Shown: positions 1-11,010 of the stretch, one piece after another
Layout: every line of letters begins with the position of its first letter
Position numbering within the stretch: position 1 is the first letter of the stretch
NCBI GenBank assembly: GCA_963662625.1
Contig: OY759726.1
Location: 1-64,000 of the forward strand
Source: Nitrosopumilus sp.
GTDB lineage: Archaea > Thermoproteota > Nitrososphaeria > Nitrososphaerales > Nitrosopumilaceae
Length of the DNA stretch: 64,000 nt
Reading direction: 5' to 3'
Translations under genes and position numbers: made by a program
The notes under the pieces: generated by a model
The model's database searches: none
What the model saw: only the letters and a program-made list of their open reading frames with translations
Told to the model about the DNA's origin: nothing

Positions 1-3
1 GTC

Positions 4-630
4 GTGGCGTACCTGGCTGCGAGGTGGGCAAGGGACGGGGGGCACCGGGGGATCGTCACCGGGGACGGCGCAGACGAGCTGTTCGCCGGGTACGGCTTCC
101 TGCTGGCCAAGCCCCCCGGTGAGCTCGAGGCGGAGCTTGCCAGGATACGCGGGATCATGCACTTCCCGTCGCACGCCATAGGGAGGAGCCTCGGCGTGGC
201 CGTGGAGTCGCCGTTCCTGGACGCCGGGGTCGCGGAGTTCGCGGCCGGCCTGCCCGCGGGGCTCATGGTCAGGGAGGAGGGCGGCAGGAGGCACGGCAAG
301 TGGGTCCTGCGGAAGGCCTTCGAGGGGCGCATCCCGGGGCGGATCGCGTGGAGGGCAAAGTCGCCCATGCAGGACGGCGCCGGGACGGCGGGGCTCACGG
401 GGCTCTTCGAGTCGGTTATCCCCGACGGCGACTTCGGGGAGAGGCGGCGGAGGATCCTCGACGGGGACGGCGTGTCCGTGCGGACCAAGGAGTCGCTGCA
501 CTACTACGAGGCGTACAGGAGGATCCACGGGCCGGCCCCGGGCGCAGGGTCGGGCGGCGGCTGCCCGCAGTGCGGGCACCCCGCCGGGGGCTCGAGGTTC
601 TGCAGGATGTGCGGCGCGTTCCCGATCTAG
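4..630 (+). CDS. Asparagine synthase C-terminal domain protein with C-terminal zinc ribbon (5'-truncated by window)
   Basis: TGDGADELFAGY, SPFLD, GKWVLRKAF and RAKSPMQDG motifs; CxxC...CxxC at C-terminus. Confidence 0.85.
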   Translation: MAYLAARWARDGGHRGIVTGDGADELFAGYGFLLAKPPGELEAELARIRGIMHFPSHAIGRSLGVAVESPFLDAGVAEFAAGLPAGLMVREEGGRRHGKWVLRKAFEGRIPGRIAWRAKSPMQDGAGTAGLTGLFESVIPDGDFGERRRRILDGDGVSVRTKESLHYYEAYRRIHGPAPGAGSGGGCPQCGHPAGGSRFCRMCGAFPI

Positions 631-770
631 CGGTTCTTGTACTTGCGGGGCTTTTTGATGAATATCACCCTGCAGCCGTTGCAGCAAAAGTAGAACTTCT
701 CGCCGCCGTGCTCGTGCTCCAGGGCCAGGTCAGCGTCAAGTTCTATTCCGCACACAGGATCCACCGGCAC
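627..770 (-). CDS. YHS/TRASH domain small protein
   Basis: VDPVCG...FYFCCNGC motif; GTG start at 770 preferred over 818 because a TATA-like TATAAATA lies about 25-30 bp upstream. Confidence 0.85.
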   Translation of the reverse strand: MPVDPVCGIELDADLALEHEHGGEKFYFCCNGCRVIFIKKPRKYKNR

Positions 771-822
771 GGATCTCACAGGCAGCGGATTATATTTATA
801 GATACAGTTTCCGGCCACGGGC

Positions 823-1188
823 CTACGCGCCTATTATCTCCATGACCCTCTTGGGCAGCGCGCCGTAGTCGGCGTCGGGCTCGGCCACCACGTACAGGAT
901 CTCCTCGTTGACCAGGAAGCTCATCGCCAGGGCCCGCTGCCTGGAGGCCAGCGCGAAGTTCACCCGGCCCAGCTGCCGGTCGAACTCCTTGCGCATCTTC
1001 ACGCGCAGCGCGAGCTCCATGAACATCATCTCGTCGTCCTTCTGGTTCTCCAGCGGCTCCACGTTCTCCTTCATGCCGCCGGCCACCAGCCTGCCGCGCT
1101 CGTTGATCACGCCGGCGAACCTGATCTTGCCGTCCAGCTTCATGACCTCCGCGCAAATCTTGGAATAGTCAAAGATCTTCGACGACAA
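823..1188 (-). CDS. Conserved thaumarchaeal roadblock/profilin-like protein (DUF6659-like)
   Basis: IRFAGVINERGRLVAGG...ELALRVKMRKEFDRQLG pattern typical of this family; TTG start at 1188 inferred (ORF track extends to 1215). Confidence 0.7.
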   Translation of the reverse strand: MSSKIFDYSKICAEVMKLDGKIRFAGVINERGRLVAGGMKENVEPLENQKDDEMMFMELALRVKMRKEFDRQLGRVNFALASRQRALAMSFLVNEEILYVVAEPDADYGALPKRVMEIIGA

Positions 1189-1242
1189 ACGTGGTTGCCT
1201 GGGTCGTTCCCACATATTATCCTTTTACGCGGGACCAGTGTA

Positions 1243-1378
1243 TGAGGTCACCACCCCTACACTGTCTTGGATGCCCAGCCTGACAGGGATTTCCCGTGCC
1301 CCCCACGTGATCATGCACGCCATGGGGTGGGACCGCCTGTCCCTCCAGGGCTTCCCGACCTTGATCTGGCCGCTTGTA
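1243..1378 (-). mobile_element. ISH3-like element end fragment
   Basis: Closely similar to 5696-5830 (tgaggtcaccacccctacactgtcttggatgccc...). Confidence 0.7.
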
Positions 1379-1599
1379 TGTATGAGGTCACGTGTGCTGA
1401 CCCTTTAACCAGCAAGGCGCGATCATGCCGATCCCTATGGCAGGAGGTGCCAGTACGTGCGTGGCAAGGCGCAGAACGACCAGGCAGCCGGGGGGCCTGC
1501 TGGCACGAGCGCCCGGCGATGTCGACTCGATCAAGTCAAAATACGAGGAGGCGATGGCAATGAACAAGGAGGCGATGGCAGATAACAAGATGCTCCAGG

Positions 1600-2093
1600 C
1601 CCGCCTTGTTGACGTGGACGCGCTGCGGCGCCTTGGGGGACAGGCCGATGTTCCCCATGATCTTCCTGACCGACGTGACATGGTACACCGCGCCCAGCGT
1701 TCTCCGTATGTCGTCGCAGAGCCTCTCCGGGGCGGCGGTGCCGCCAGTGCCGTCCAGCATGCCTTGGATCTCCTCAATCTTGGCCTTTGGCGGTCTACCG
1801 CTCTTGGGAAGATCCCGGAGGGCGCCGGTGCCGCCCTCCCTGAAGCGTCCCACCCAAGACGACACCCAGTTGGGGCACTGCATGAGGGAGTCTGCCATGT
1901 GTTGGATGCTTTCACTGTTCATGCACGCCATGCTCGCCGCGGCCATCCTGATCTTGACCCTTGGGTCCTTCTCTTTTTTGTACGCCTCCCCGGGATCTTC
2001 CTGCGTCGTTGCGGCCATGGCTTGCGTGGGATGCCACGATCAAAATGTGTTTTGGTCTGATAAATTGATCTCATGAACTTATGCGCGTTGCTA
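1600..2093 (-). mobile_element. IS630-family remnant (left end plus HTH ORF 1536-2018)
   Basis: HTH-like WVGRFREGGTGALRDLPKSGRPPK; end TAgcaacgcgcat(a/g)agttc shared with copies at 9868 and 24856. Confidence 0.75.
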
Positions 2094-2111
2094 TACCCAT
2101 AACTGGAGCGA

Positions 2112-2653
2112 GTGGGCGTGGGTGCGGCTGAACGGCGGAAAAATTACGCGATCCTGCGCGCCATAGACGAGTTCGTCGAGGTCACGGGAAAGCCCTCCAA
2201 AAGATACTTTATTTTACAAACCTGAAAACCCGGATTTTTTCATACCAGTGGAATACGTACGGGCCGTACTCGGAGGAGGTCAAATACCAGCTAGACGACC
2301 TGGCACTGGAAGGACAGATCGACGTCAAGCCAGTCCAGCTGGGAACCAAAGGCATGACCCAGTACAACATGACGTTGACAGAAGAGGGCAAATCCATCCT
2401 GGACCCTACGGCAAGCCCAGAGGTTGGCTCTAGCGTAAAATCCGTTCACGAATTCCTGAACGGCAAGCCCCCACGGGAGATGGAACTGCCCGCCTCTGTC
2501 CATTACATCGCCAGCTACGATGATGGCAAGCATTCCGGCAGGGTCCATGAAATCATCACCCACCTGAAACCCGGGGCTGGGTTTTCCAAACCCGATGTCG
2601 ATCGCGCGATGGGCGAACTCAAGTCACGCAGCCTGCTTGACGCCGCCGCATGA
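2112..2653 (+). pseudogene. YwgA/Panacea (DUF4065)-like protein with apparent frameshift near 2187
   Basis: Joining frames gives ILRAIDEFVEVTG-KALQKILYF...FSYQWNTYGPYSEEV (LQKxxYF and YGPYS motifs); downstream frame has no start before 2354. Confidence 0.55.
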
Positions 2654-2849
2654 TTCATGCGTGACCAGTTACGCGAAAGGCCCGCCGATCAGCCGCCTCT
2701 TGCAGCTCCAGACAGATCGGCGGGGGCCCGGGCTCGTACCACAGCCACATAGACTCAGGCGTTACGCGGGCGGCGGTCACGCGATGCGGCCGGCGCCGCC
2801 GCTGACATGACGGTTGGCCTGCTGCCGAACCCCCGGAAGACGGGTGATC

Positions 2850-3335
2850 CACGGGTTCAATGCGCGCGGGGAGGGCGCGAGGGAGGCGTCGGAGAACGGC
2901 GTGTCGGCGCTCGGTAGGGCGACCGGCAGGCCCGGCACGCCCACCGCCGCGCTCTCCGGCAACGGCCCGTGCTTCGGGTAAGGGCGGCCGCGGGAAGACC
3001 CCTTCCGGATCCTGGAAGTCCGCGGCGTTCGGGGGGGGGAGCTGCCGGGCCGTGGGATCGGGCCCGTGAGCTCCAGGCCGCGCTGACCCCGGATCGGCGG
3101 GAAGCCCGGGAGGTTCCGCGGGAGCGCGGGGGGCGGGGCATGGCACCGCGGGGGCATTCCCGGACACGCGGGGCACCGCAGCAAGGGGGCCGCATCGATC
3201 ACCGGACACAGGCGACTGCCAGATCCCGCTGGGGGCCTTCCACGACAAGGATGCCGTAAAGGCGATCAGGTAAAGCGACTAAAGTGGATGGAGGTGGACA
3301 CGGACGGCTAGCGGACCGACTTTTCATACGCTACA
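2850..3335 (+). mobile_element. Decayed IS481-family (rve integrase) 3' part with right terminal repeat
   Basis: Translates to SENGVSALGRATGRPGTPTAALSGNGPCF, matching the 31746 ORF; ends ctagcggaccgacttttcatacgctaca as at 32432-32459. Confidence 0.7.
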
Positions 3336-3350
3336 ATTATGCTATTCGCC

Positions 3351-4496
3351 TCTCTAGTCCGGAAAGTAGTTCACCCCTTGTCCGAGTATGTAAAGTCGGT
3401 AAGGGACAGGCGCGCCAGCCTGTCCGTCCCGGGCGGCAGGGGGGCGTGGGCACGGGGCAGAAGGCTAGGGAAATACGTGAGCCTGGACCACCCAAACAAC
3501 ATGAAGCTGAACGGCTCGAAGGCAAGACGGATCGTGAGGGAGAAGAGGAAGGGGCACCCCACGGACGCCGGGACCGCGTCCGCCATGGGGGTGTCCGTGC
3601 GGTGGGCCCGGAAGCTCCGCGCCAGGCACATGGCCCGCGACGTGGCGGACATATCCCACCCTGCCCCCATGGGCAGGCCGGAGGCCGGGCTGCCCGGGCG
3701 CAGGGAGCACTCCGCGGTGGTGTCCGCCGGGCAGGTGTGGCACGCCGGGGCCGCCGCCCTGCAGGCGCGCATAAGGGCCGACACCGGCATTAATGTCCCG
3801 CACGGCGCCATGCACGGGACACCCATGGACGAGGGCATGGCAGGGATGCACCCCAAGAAGGGCGGGAGGCGCAAGTGGGTGCGCCACGGGCGCGGGCACC
3901 CCGACTCGCCGTGGCACACCGACTGGAAGCAGGTACGGGGCGGGACGCGCGACGGGCGGCGGTTCCCGTGCCACGGGGACGACGCCCCCGGGTTCGTCAC
4001 CGGGTACGGCATGTCCGACGGGGCCACCACCGCGAACGCCCCCGGGGTGCCGGAGGGGGCCATCGGGAGGCACGGGAAGCCCGCGGCCGCCATGGCCGAC
4101 CACGGCTCCCAGTCCTGCGCCAACGAGAAGGGGGCCCGGGAGAGGGGCGCGGGCCTGTCCGGGAGGGAGCCCGCGGGGCCGGGGATGCGCCAGGTCCTGG
4201 CCGGCGTCGGGCACCCCCAGACCAACGGCAAGCCGGAGGGGCCCCGCGGGGAGACCCGGCGCAAGCTGCACGGGTCCGGGGAGACAATGACGGGGAAGAG
4301 CGACCCGACCGGCCTGTTCATGGAGTGGCACGACAACCAGCGGCCCCACATGTCGCTGGACTGGGAGGGGCAGGAGACACCAGCGCAGGCGTTCGCCAGG
4401 AAGATGCCCGAGCCGGGGGAGACCACCACGGACGGGCAGACGGGGGAGGAATATAATGCCGCATGAGGGGGGGCGAACTACTTTCTGGATCCCACA
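3351..4496 (+). mobile_element. IS481-family element, decayed transposase (ORF 3339-4466)
   Basis: WHTDWK, DDA, DHGSQ, HPQTNGK motifs; inverted repeats tccggaaagtagttcacccc / ggggcgaactactttctgga; 13-bp flanking direct repeat ttatgctattcgc at 3337-3349 and 4497-4509. Confidence 0.8.
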
Positions 4497-4548
4497 TTAT
4501 GCTATTCGCTCCAAAAAGGTTATAGCCCAGCATGTTGTTTACTATGCA

Positions 4549-5425
4549 ATGACGTTGAAAGACACAAAGTCACTTCTGTTTTCTGGTATTTTGACTGTAG
4601 TGATCTTCTCATTTGGTATAGCCAATTATGTGCAAGCAGAAACAAATGAAAATATATCGGACTCCAATCTTACTGCATATGAAGAACTGATAATTACATC
4701 AACTTCTAGTCTAAAGGATGCATAGATCTAATCTAATTGGATATGAGAATGTGGTTTTTCTGAAATTAGATGAACTTGCAGATGCAACAAAGGCAATAAA
4801 TCAAGCAAAAGATAATGGCGCAGATGATCGAATGATAAAAGAACTAAAACTTAAAGAGTCTTTAAAATTCTTTGAGTTAGAAGAGTTGGGACTCACTACA
4901 TCTGACAGGTATAATGCCAACCCATCTTATTGGAATGAGAAAGCATTTAAAGCAAAACAGGCCATTGAAAATCCCAAATCTCAGCCTGTCGTTGGTTTTG
5001 AATCAAATGATGATCTACATTATGTACATCAAACTGACTTAGCTTTGAAGCGAACTGCTATTCTTACAGTTCCAGTCTGGAATGTGGGGGGCATAACAGT
5101 ACCATTGCCAATTGTTAGCACAGGATGGAATGCAGGAACTTCTACAGCAAGCTGGCCATTTGTCCCAACTGATGGGGATGTTACATTTGATAGCAAAGTC
5201 TGCTTAGCTGAACCAACTCATCACTCCAGCGTGGACTTTGATATGCAAGTAGTGCGAGAGATAAAATATTTCTGGGGAACAATTCTTTATAGCTTTGATA
5301 ATACATACGATGAAAATCACGATAGTCAAGGTGATTGCACGCCAGATAGATTTGAGAAAAGATCTATAAAGGCTGGGAGTAGTGCAAAGGCAGAGACAGG
5401 AATAAGCAACATCTCTTTAAACTGA
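4549..5425 (+). CDS. AT-rich secreted hypothetical protein, split by an apparent frameshift near 4720
   Basis: Signal-peptide-like MTLKDTKSLLFSGILTVVIFSFGIANYVQA at 4549, overlapping 235-aa ORF 4718-5425; much lower GC than flanks. Confidence 0.55.
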
Positions 5426-5451
5426 GGCTAGCATCCATTTTTTTCATAGAC

Positions 5452-5670
5452 GTGAATCCAAATGTTCTTCGAATAACCGCAATTTTGCTGACAGGCGCAG
5501 GAGTTGGGTCTGTCATTTCTGTTATAGTCACAAGTCTGGAAAACACAGAACCAAATGAGAACCCACTCATAACCTTAACAGGTGTTGTAATCAGCAGCGT
5601 GTATTCATCAATTCTGTTTTTTATTCCTGCTTGGTGGGTTTATAGAAAATACAAAAAGGCAAAAGCATAG
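5452..5670 (+). CDS. Small two-TM membrane protein
   Basis: Two hydrophobic segments and basic C-terminus; directly follows the secreted protein gene. Confidence 0.6.
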   Translation: MNPNVLRITAILLTGAGVGSVISVIVTSLENTEPNENPLITLTGVVISSVYSSILFFIPAWWVYRKYKKAKA

Positions 5671-5695
5671 TGTATCCTATGCCATGTAATGAGTA

Positions 5696-8525
5696 TGAGG
5701 TCACCACCCCTACACTGTCTTGGATGCCCCGCCTGACAGGGATTTCCCGTGCCTCCCACACGTGATCATGCACGCCAGGAAGTAGGACCGCCTGTCCCTC
5801 CAGGGCTTCCCGCCCTTGATCCGGCCGCCTGTCTTTCGGGACACCGCCACGTGCCGCAGGCCGCGCCCGGGGGCGCTGTCCGTGGGCCCCGCCCCCCCCC
5901 CCGTGCCCCGGGAACGCAGACCGGCGGGGCAGCGGCGCCTGCAGCCTGCCCGCCAGGGGGGCAGGCGCGGTGCCCCCGGCGTCCCCGTGCCCGAACGGCA
6001 GCCTGCGCATCCCAGACCCAGTACTTGAAAATGTACTAGCCGGCAGACGCCTGGTTGGGCCAGGCCCGGCCGCCATACGCCGCGCACGCGGCCAGCCTCA
6101 CCATGTACTCCAGCATGATCGCCAGCCGGACCGGGGCGGTGTCGCGCCTCCCGTACCACCCGGCGGACCATTCCACCGAGATCATCCACGGGTCGTGCAT
6201 GACCAGCGCCATGAAGAACATGAACGTCCTGACTGGGGGGTTCGTGCTGGTGGTCCTGGGCCTGGCCTTCTCGGCGTCCCCGTGCCCCGTCCCTGTCCCC
6301 CACCTCTTCCTGTGCTCGTCGGGGACGTCGGCGGCTCGGATCGCCCTGCCGGCGCCGGCGTTGGTGGCGTACGCCAGGTACCTCTCCTGCGCGTCCTCCG
6401 AGTCCCACCCGTCCTCGCCCTCCTTCGGGACCATCGCCAGGGCGGACGGCTCCCTGGCCCTCCCGTCCCGGGGCGCCGGGCGTGCGGGGACGCCGCGGCC
6501 CTCTCCCCGCGCGCGTGCTCCCCCACGGCCCCCTTCGCGCCGGCCGTCCGCGACGCGGGCATGATGAGCCCGTGGCCCGATCTGGACAGCTCCCCGACGA
6601 CCCCTGCCGAGAAGAAGCCCCGGCCCGGCAGGACCAGCCCCGGGCGGACGCCCGCGCCAGCGCAGTCACGCAGCAGTTCACGCACGGTCTCGGCCCCCGT
6701 GCTCCCCTTCTTGGGCCTGCACGCCAGGTTCAGCCCCGGCCCGTCCACCATCTGGGCGGTGGCGTACCCCCCGGAGCGCGACGTCCCGTTCCCGTGCCTC
6801 GCGCGCACCAGCTGCTCCCCCCCGGTGGCGGGGTTCCTGCCGTGCCTGGGCATCGGGCGGCAGGCCGGGGCCACGGCGTGGGACGCCCCCCTGATGATCC
6901 CGGCGCGACGGGCCCCGCGCACCGTGGAGCGCAGGGCGTCCCTGCACCTGCCCTCCATGGTGCCGGGATCCCGGCACGCCCCCCCTATCCTGGACAGGAA
7001 CCACGCCGACGACGGCACGCGGCGGGGCCCGTGGCGCACGGCGAGCGCCCCGGTGGCGCCCGACGCGCACGAGCGGTCCCTGCACACCGGTACCAACACG
7101 CGCACGAAGTCGGCCATGCCGCACGCGGCGTTGTGCCGGCCCGAGAACCTGATGCCCGCCTTCCCAAGCAGCCGTTAGTCTGTTGCACAACTCGGCACGA
7201 TCCCCGGGCCGTGGCCAGGCCGTGCCGCTTGGAGTCCCTACGCCCCCGCCTCCCCCGCCCACCGGTTGTACTGGGCCACCCTGAGCCTTACCTCCTGCAC
7301 GATGTTCTCCCACCTGCGCGAGTGCACGTGGTCCCCGAACATCCTCTTGAACGCCGATATGATTATCTCGATCAGCCACCTCCTGCCGTACCCCTTCCTG
7401 GCCTTCCAGTACCGGGCGTTCTCCTCCCTCTCCCTCGTGCCCATCCTGCCGGCGCGCGCCTCCGGGCCGCCCCCCAGCTGGTCCCGCACCGCCTCGCCCC
7501 ACGCGCCGCCGGCGCCCTTGCCCCTGGCGGTGGACGCTACCTTTACCGGGATGATAGGCCCCACGCCCATGTCGCGGCACCTCCGCATATTGTCCCGCGA
7601 CGCGTACGCCCCGTCGGCGATCAGGCGCGCACCGTGGGAGCCGGGCGGCTGGCCGCACTGCAGCGCGAGCGGCGCCACGCCGCTCGCGAGGAGGTTGGGC
7701 GGGGGCGAGTCCACGCGCGGCAGGGGATCCCCCGCCGCGGCTGCCTTCCCGCGGATCAGCGCCATGCGCCTGTCCTGCTTCCCGCCCTGCTTCCCCGCCG
7801 GCTTCCCGTCCGGCTTCCCGTCCGGCTTCCCGCCCGGCTTCCCGCCACGCGGCCCCGCCACGGTTCCCAGGAGCTCCTTCAGCATGGGGGAGTCGCCCGT
7901 CCTGTCGTCGGTCACCACCGCCGCGAGTATCTTCTTCGTGTCGGCGTCGGCCAGCAGGTGCAGCTTGACGAACCCGCGCTTCACCTTCCACTTCTTCCGT
8001 ATCCACTCGCCCCGGTTGCACTGCTTCAGGCCCGTGGCGTCGGCCAGCAGGGTCATGGGCTGGCCGCCGCCGGAGACGCGGACGACTCCCCCGCCGATGT
8101 CCACGTCGAGGCGCGCCATCCTCCTGGCCAGCACCGAGTAGTGCGGCGCGCCGTGCCCCCCCAGCATCCCCGCGAGGAGCCCGGACAGCTGCCTGTACTG
8201 GACCCCGAGCGAGGTCCTCACCGCGGCGGCGGCCATGACCAGCGCCCCGGCGTACCTGAACGGGGCGCCCTCCTTGCCGGCGTTGGCCTCCCTCAGGTCG
8301 TCCTCCCAGCCGGGGTCATACGACACAGCCAGGCCCCTCCCGCGCCTGACGTATTTCTCGTTGTCGGTCGCAGCCAACGGGGACGGTGCGCGGCCGTGAT
8401 CCAAGGCCTTTTCGGTTTGACATGGTTGGGCCGGGGGTTCAACTGTTTAGACCCGGCAATTTCTGGCAGTTGTGCAACAAGCTAGCAGCCGTGGCAACGT
8501 TTTAAACGCCTTGCCCACCACCTCA
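5696..8525 (-). mobile_element. Decayed ISH3-family element, interrupted at its 5' end by IS5 copy 1
   Basis: YATN...HRKRWG...RPRTTSTNPPVRTFMFF resembles the ISH3 C-terminal signature; removing the IS5 restores MPRLLGKAGIRFSG; TGAGGT at both ends. Confidence 0.7.
7176..8484 (-). mobile_element. IS5-family element copy 1 (transposase 7238-8404)
   Basis: DDE motifs ADATG, IADGAY, RWLIE; TIR TAGTCTGTTGCACAACT; 8-bp TSD gcagccgt (7168-7175, 8485-8492). Confidence 0.92.
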
Positions 8526-8659
8526 AGCCGGCGCCCCCGTGGTTCGTTTTGGTGGTACACGATGGATGACAGGGGCGCCTGATCCATTGGTTTTTCTGTC
8601 CAAAACGTTCACGGATCGTGTCAAAACATGCTGGCCGGCGCCCCGCGGGGGTACATTTT

Positions 8660-9480
8660 CAACTACTGAGACCCGGAGGCGCGGCGCAGGCGCGCCGAGT
8701 GCCTGCCCGAGGCTGCGGCCGCCAGCGCCCCGGCGCACGCGCCGGACGCCCGCCGGCGCGGCACCCCGGCGCGCGGCGCCGCCCCCTTCCTCTCCGCCGC
8801 GCGCCGCAGCTCCCGCAGCCCGCGGGACCGGCACGGCCGGTGGCGCCCTCCCGGGCCGGACCTCCCGTACGCGGAGGGCCTGCCGGACGTGACGATCCCG
8901 CGGTACCCGCCCGCGTGCCTGCCTGGCACCCGCGGCCCCCTGCTCCGGCCGTGCACGATCACGGCGTTCCTGCCGGACCGGGTGACCCGCGCCCGCCCGC
9001 CCTCTCCCGCCAGGTTGGCGCGCGTCTCGTCGGCCCCGGCCCTCTTGAACCTCCTGGCGCGGCCCACGATGTCCCGGAACTGCCCGCGCATCGCGCCGCG
9101 GGCGCGCCCCGTCACGTTTATGGCCGTAGATTTCGCGATCCTCGCCCCGGTGATCTCCCGCACGGCACCCGCCATCTTCCCGAAAGGGACGGCCGCGTGG
9201 CGCAGCGCTGCCACCGCGGCCACCGTGTTCCTGCCGCAGCTCCCGCGCGCCGGGAGGCCGCTTGGCGCCACGTGCCCCCGGCCGCACTTGGGGCACGCGG
9301 CGGTCTGGACGGCGTGGCGCGTCTCCGTCACGGTAACCTCGAAGCCCGGGATGTCCCGCGTGACGGGCCTGCCCGGCACGGTCCCGCGGCCGCACCGGCC
9401 GCATTCTGGCGGGACGCCCCCATCGAACCCGTGGCACACCGTGCGTCCCGGCGCGTGCCTGCGGGACGCCCCGCGGTGCC
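8660..9480 (-). mobile_element. Decayed IS66-family transposase
   Basis: Zn-finger CPECG...CPKCG, GSCGRN and ADET motifs in ORF 8663-9655. Confidence 0.65.
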
Positions 9481-9868
9481 CCGGCTGCCCGCCGGGCCTC
9501 CCCGCGGGGCGGCGGTGCCGCCCGTGCCGCCCGGCATGCCCTGGATCCCCCGAGCCTGGCCTTTGGAGGCCTCCCGCCCTTGGGAAGGCTCCCGGAGGGC
9601 GCCGGTGCCGCCCTCCCCGGAGCGTCCCGCCCAGGACGACACCCGGTCGGGGCACCGCATGGTGGAGTCTGCCGCGTGTCGGATACTTTCATCGTTCATG
9701 CACGCCATGCCCGCCGCAACCATCCTCCTGATCACCATCGGGTCCTCTTTTTTGTGCGCCTTCCCGGGATCTTCCGGCGTGGTTGCGGCCACGGCCTGCG
9801 TGGGACGCCGCGATCAAAGCGTGTTGCGGTCTGATAAAATTGGCCTCAAGAACTCATGCGCGTCGCTA
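9480..9868 (-). mobile_element. IS630-family remnant (left end plus HTH)
   Basis: Paralogous to 1600-2093 (MAATTPEDPGKAHKKEDP...); TA terminus at 9867-9868. Confidence 0.7.
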
Positions 9869-9913
9869 CAGTACAGATCCAAGGCTAAGTTTTTGCGCAT
9901 GAGTGATCTTGCA

Positions 9914-10419
9914 TTACAGCTTGCACGCATCCAGCAGCGTACCATGAAGAATCTCACATCCGTCAAAAGACTGCTGAAATTCCTTGTTGATTGACGAGCC
10001 TGGAAAATAGGCTATCTTGACCTTCACGCCAGCTTCCTGAGCCTTTTCCACGGCGTATAGGAAATCACTATCGCCTGTGATTAGGACTGCGGTATCAAAG
10101 TCCTTTTTCATGCTCATTTGAACCAGATCAACCCCTAGCCTCATGTCAACCCCCTTTTGCGTTGGCCTGCCACGCCCGTCATACTGCAGTCTTCCAAGGC
10201 GTACCTCACACTTGTCCAGTTTGGATATGCTGCTGTGAAACCTTTGCGTGTTTGAATACCTGCGGGTTCCAAACTTTGGCAGCGCATCATAAAATATCGT
10301 CTTCCCCCCGAGTCTTCTGCAAGGGCCTTGGATAGTTTTACAAGATCAACCCTCTTGCTTTTTTTGCGAGTCACTGCAATTAGGTACCCGGCATCAACAA
10401 AGATCGTGGCCTTGCCCAT
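9914..10419 (-). pseudogene. NYN-domain (LabA/DUF88, PIN-like) protein with frameshift in a G6 run near 10305
   Basis: IFVDAGY, then shifted frame KTIFYDA...QKGVDMRLGVD...LITGDSDF. Confidence 0.8.
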
Positions 10420-11010
10420 GACCGACCCTGGAAATGACCTGTTAAAAGTGTCAGCTTCGCTACCCAAAGATCGCGTTTGACCTAGCAGGCCGAGCCGCAC
10501 TGAAAATACCATAAGTGCCAGCCTTGCTACCCTGCTTCAGACCAAAGTCCTGCAGGACAATGCTGGCCCTACAATAAGAAATCACAAAAGCTCGTTAATA
10601 AACGCAGGGATCACAATAGTCGTACATGCTCAGGTCCAGCTCAGGCAAATTTACGCAAACAATCCACAAACCTAGATCGCTACGCTTTGATCCTGCCCCT
10701 CCCAAACCATACCAATGGCGTATTCCGGGGCCACTGTCCTGCGGAGGGAGGTTGCCAGGTTGCATGCCAAGGTTACGGCGCCGGAAGGGAAGATCGCACG
10801 CTGGAAGGGGAGAACGCCACGCTGAAGGGCAAGGAGACCATCCCACGAGAGCCCCGACATGCCCGGGCCCCCGCCGTGCAACGGCGCCGGGAAGGGGTTC
10901 GGGGAGAGGATCCCGGGCGGGGCCCCGGGGACGTTGTGGCACCACCCTCCTGGCACCCCGATCCCCGGTTGCAGGGCGCCGTCCCGCGGCCGGGGGCGGC
11001 GGCGCGGGGC

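Noticed and set aside
2655-2780. Possible IS6-like remnant (SMWLWYEP); end resembles 25340-25360
   Set aside because: Only a short motif; family not supportable
10700-10990. IS66-like N-terminal coiled-coil fragment (similar piece at about 1392-1610)
   Set aside because: Too short and decayed to assign with confidence
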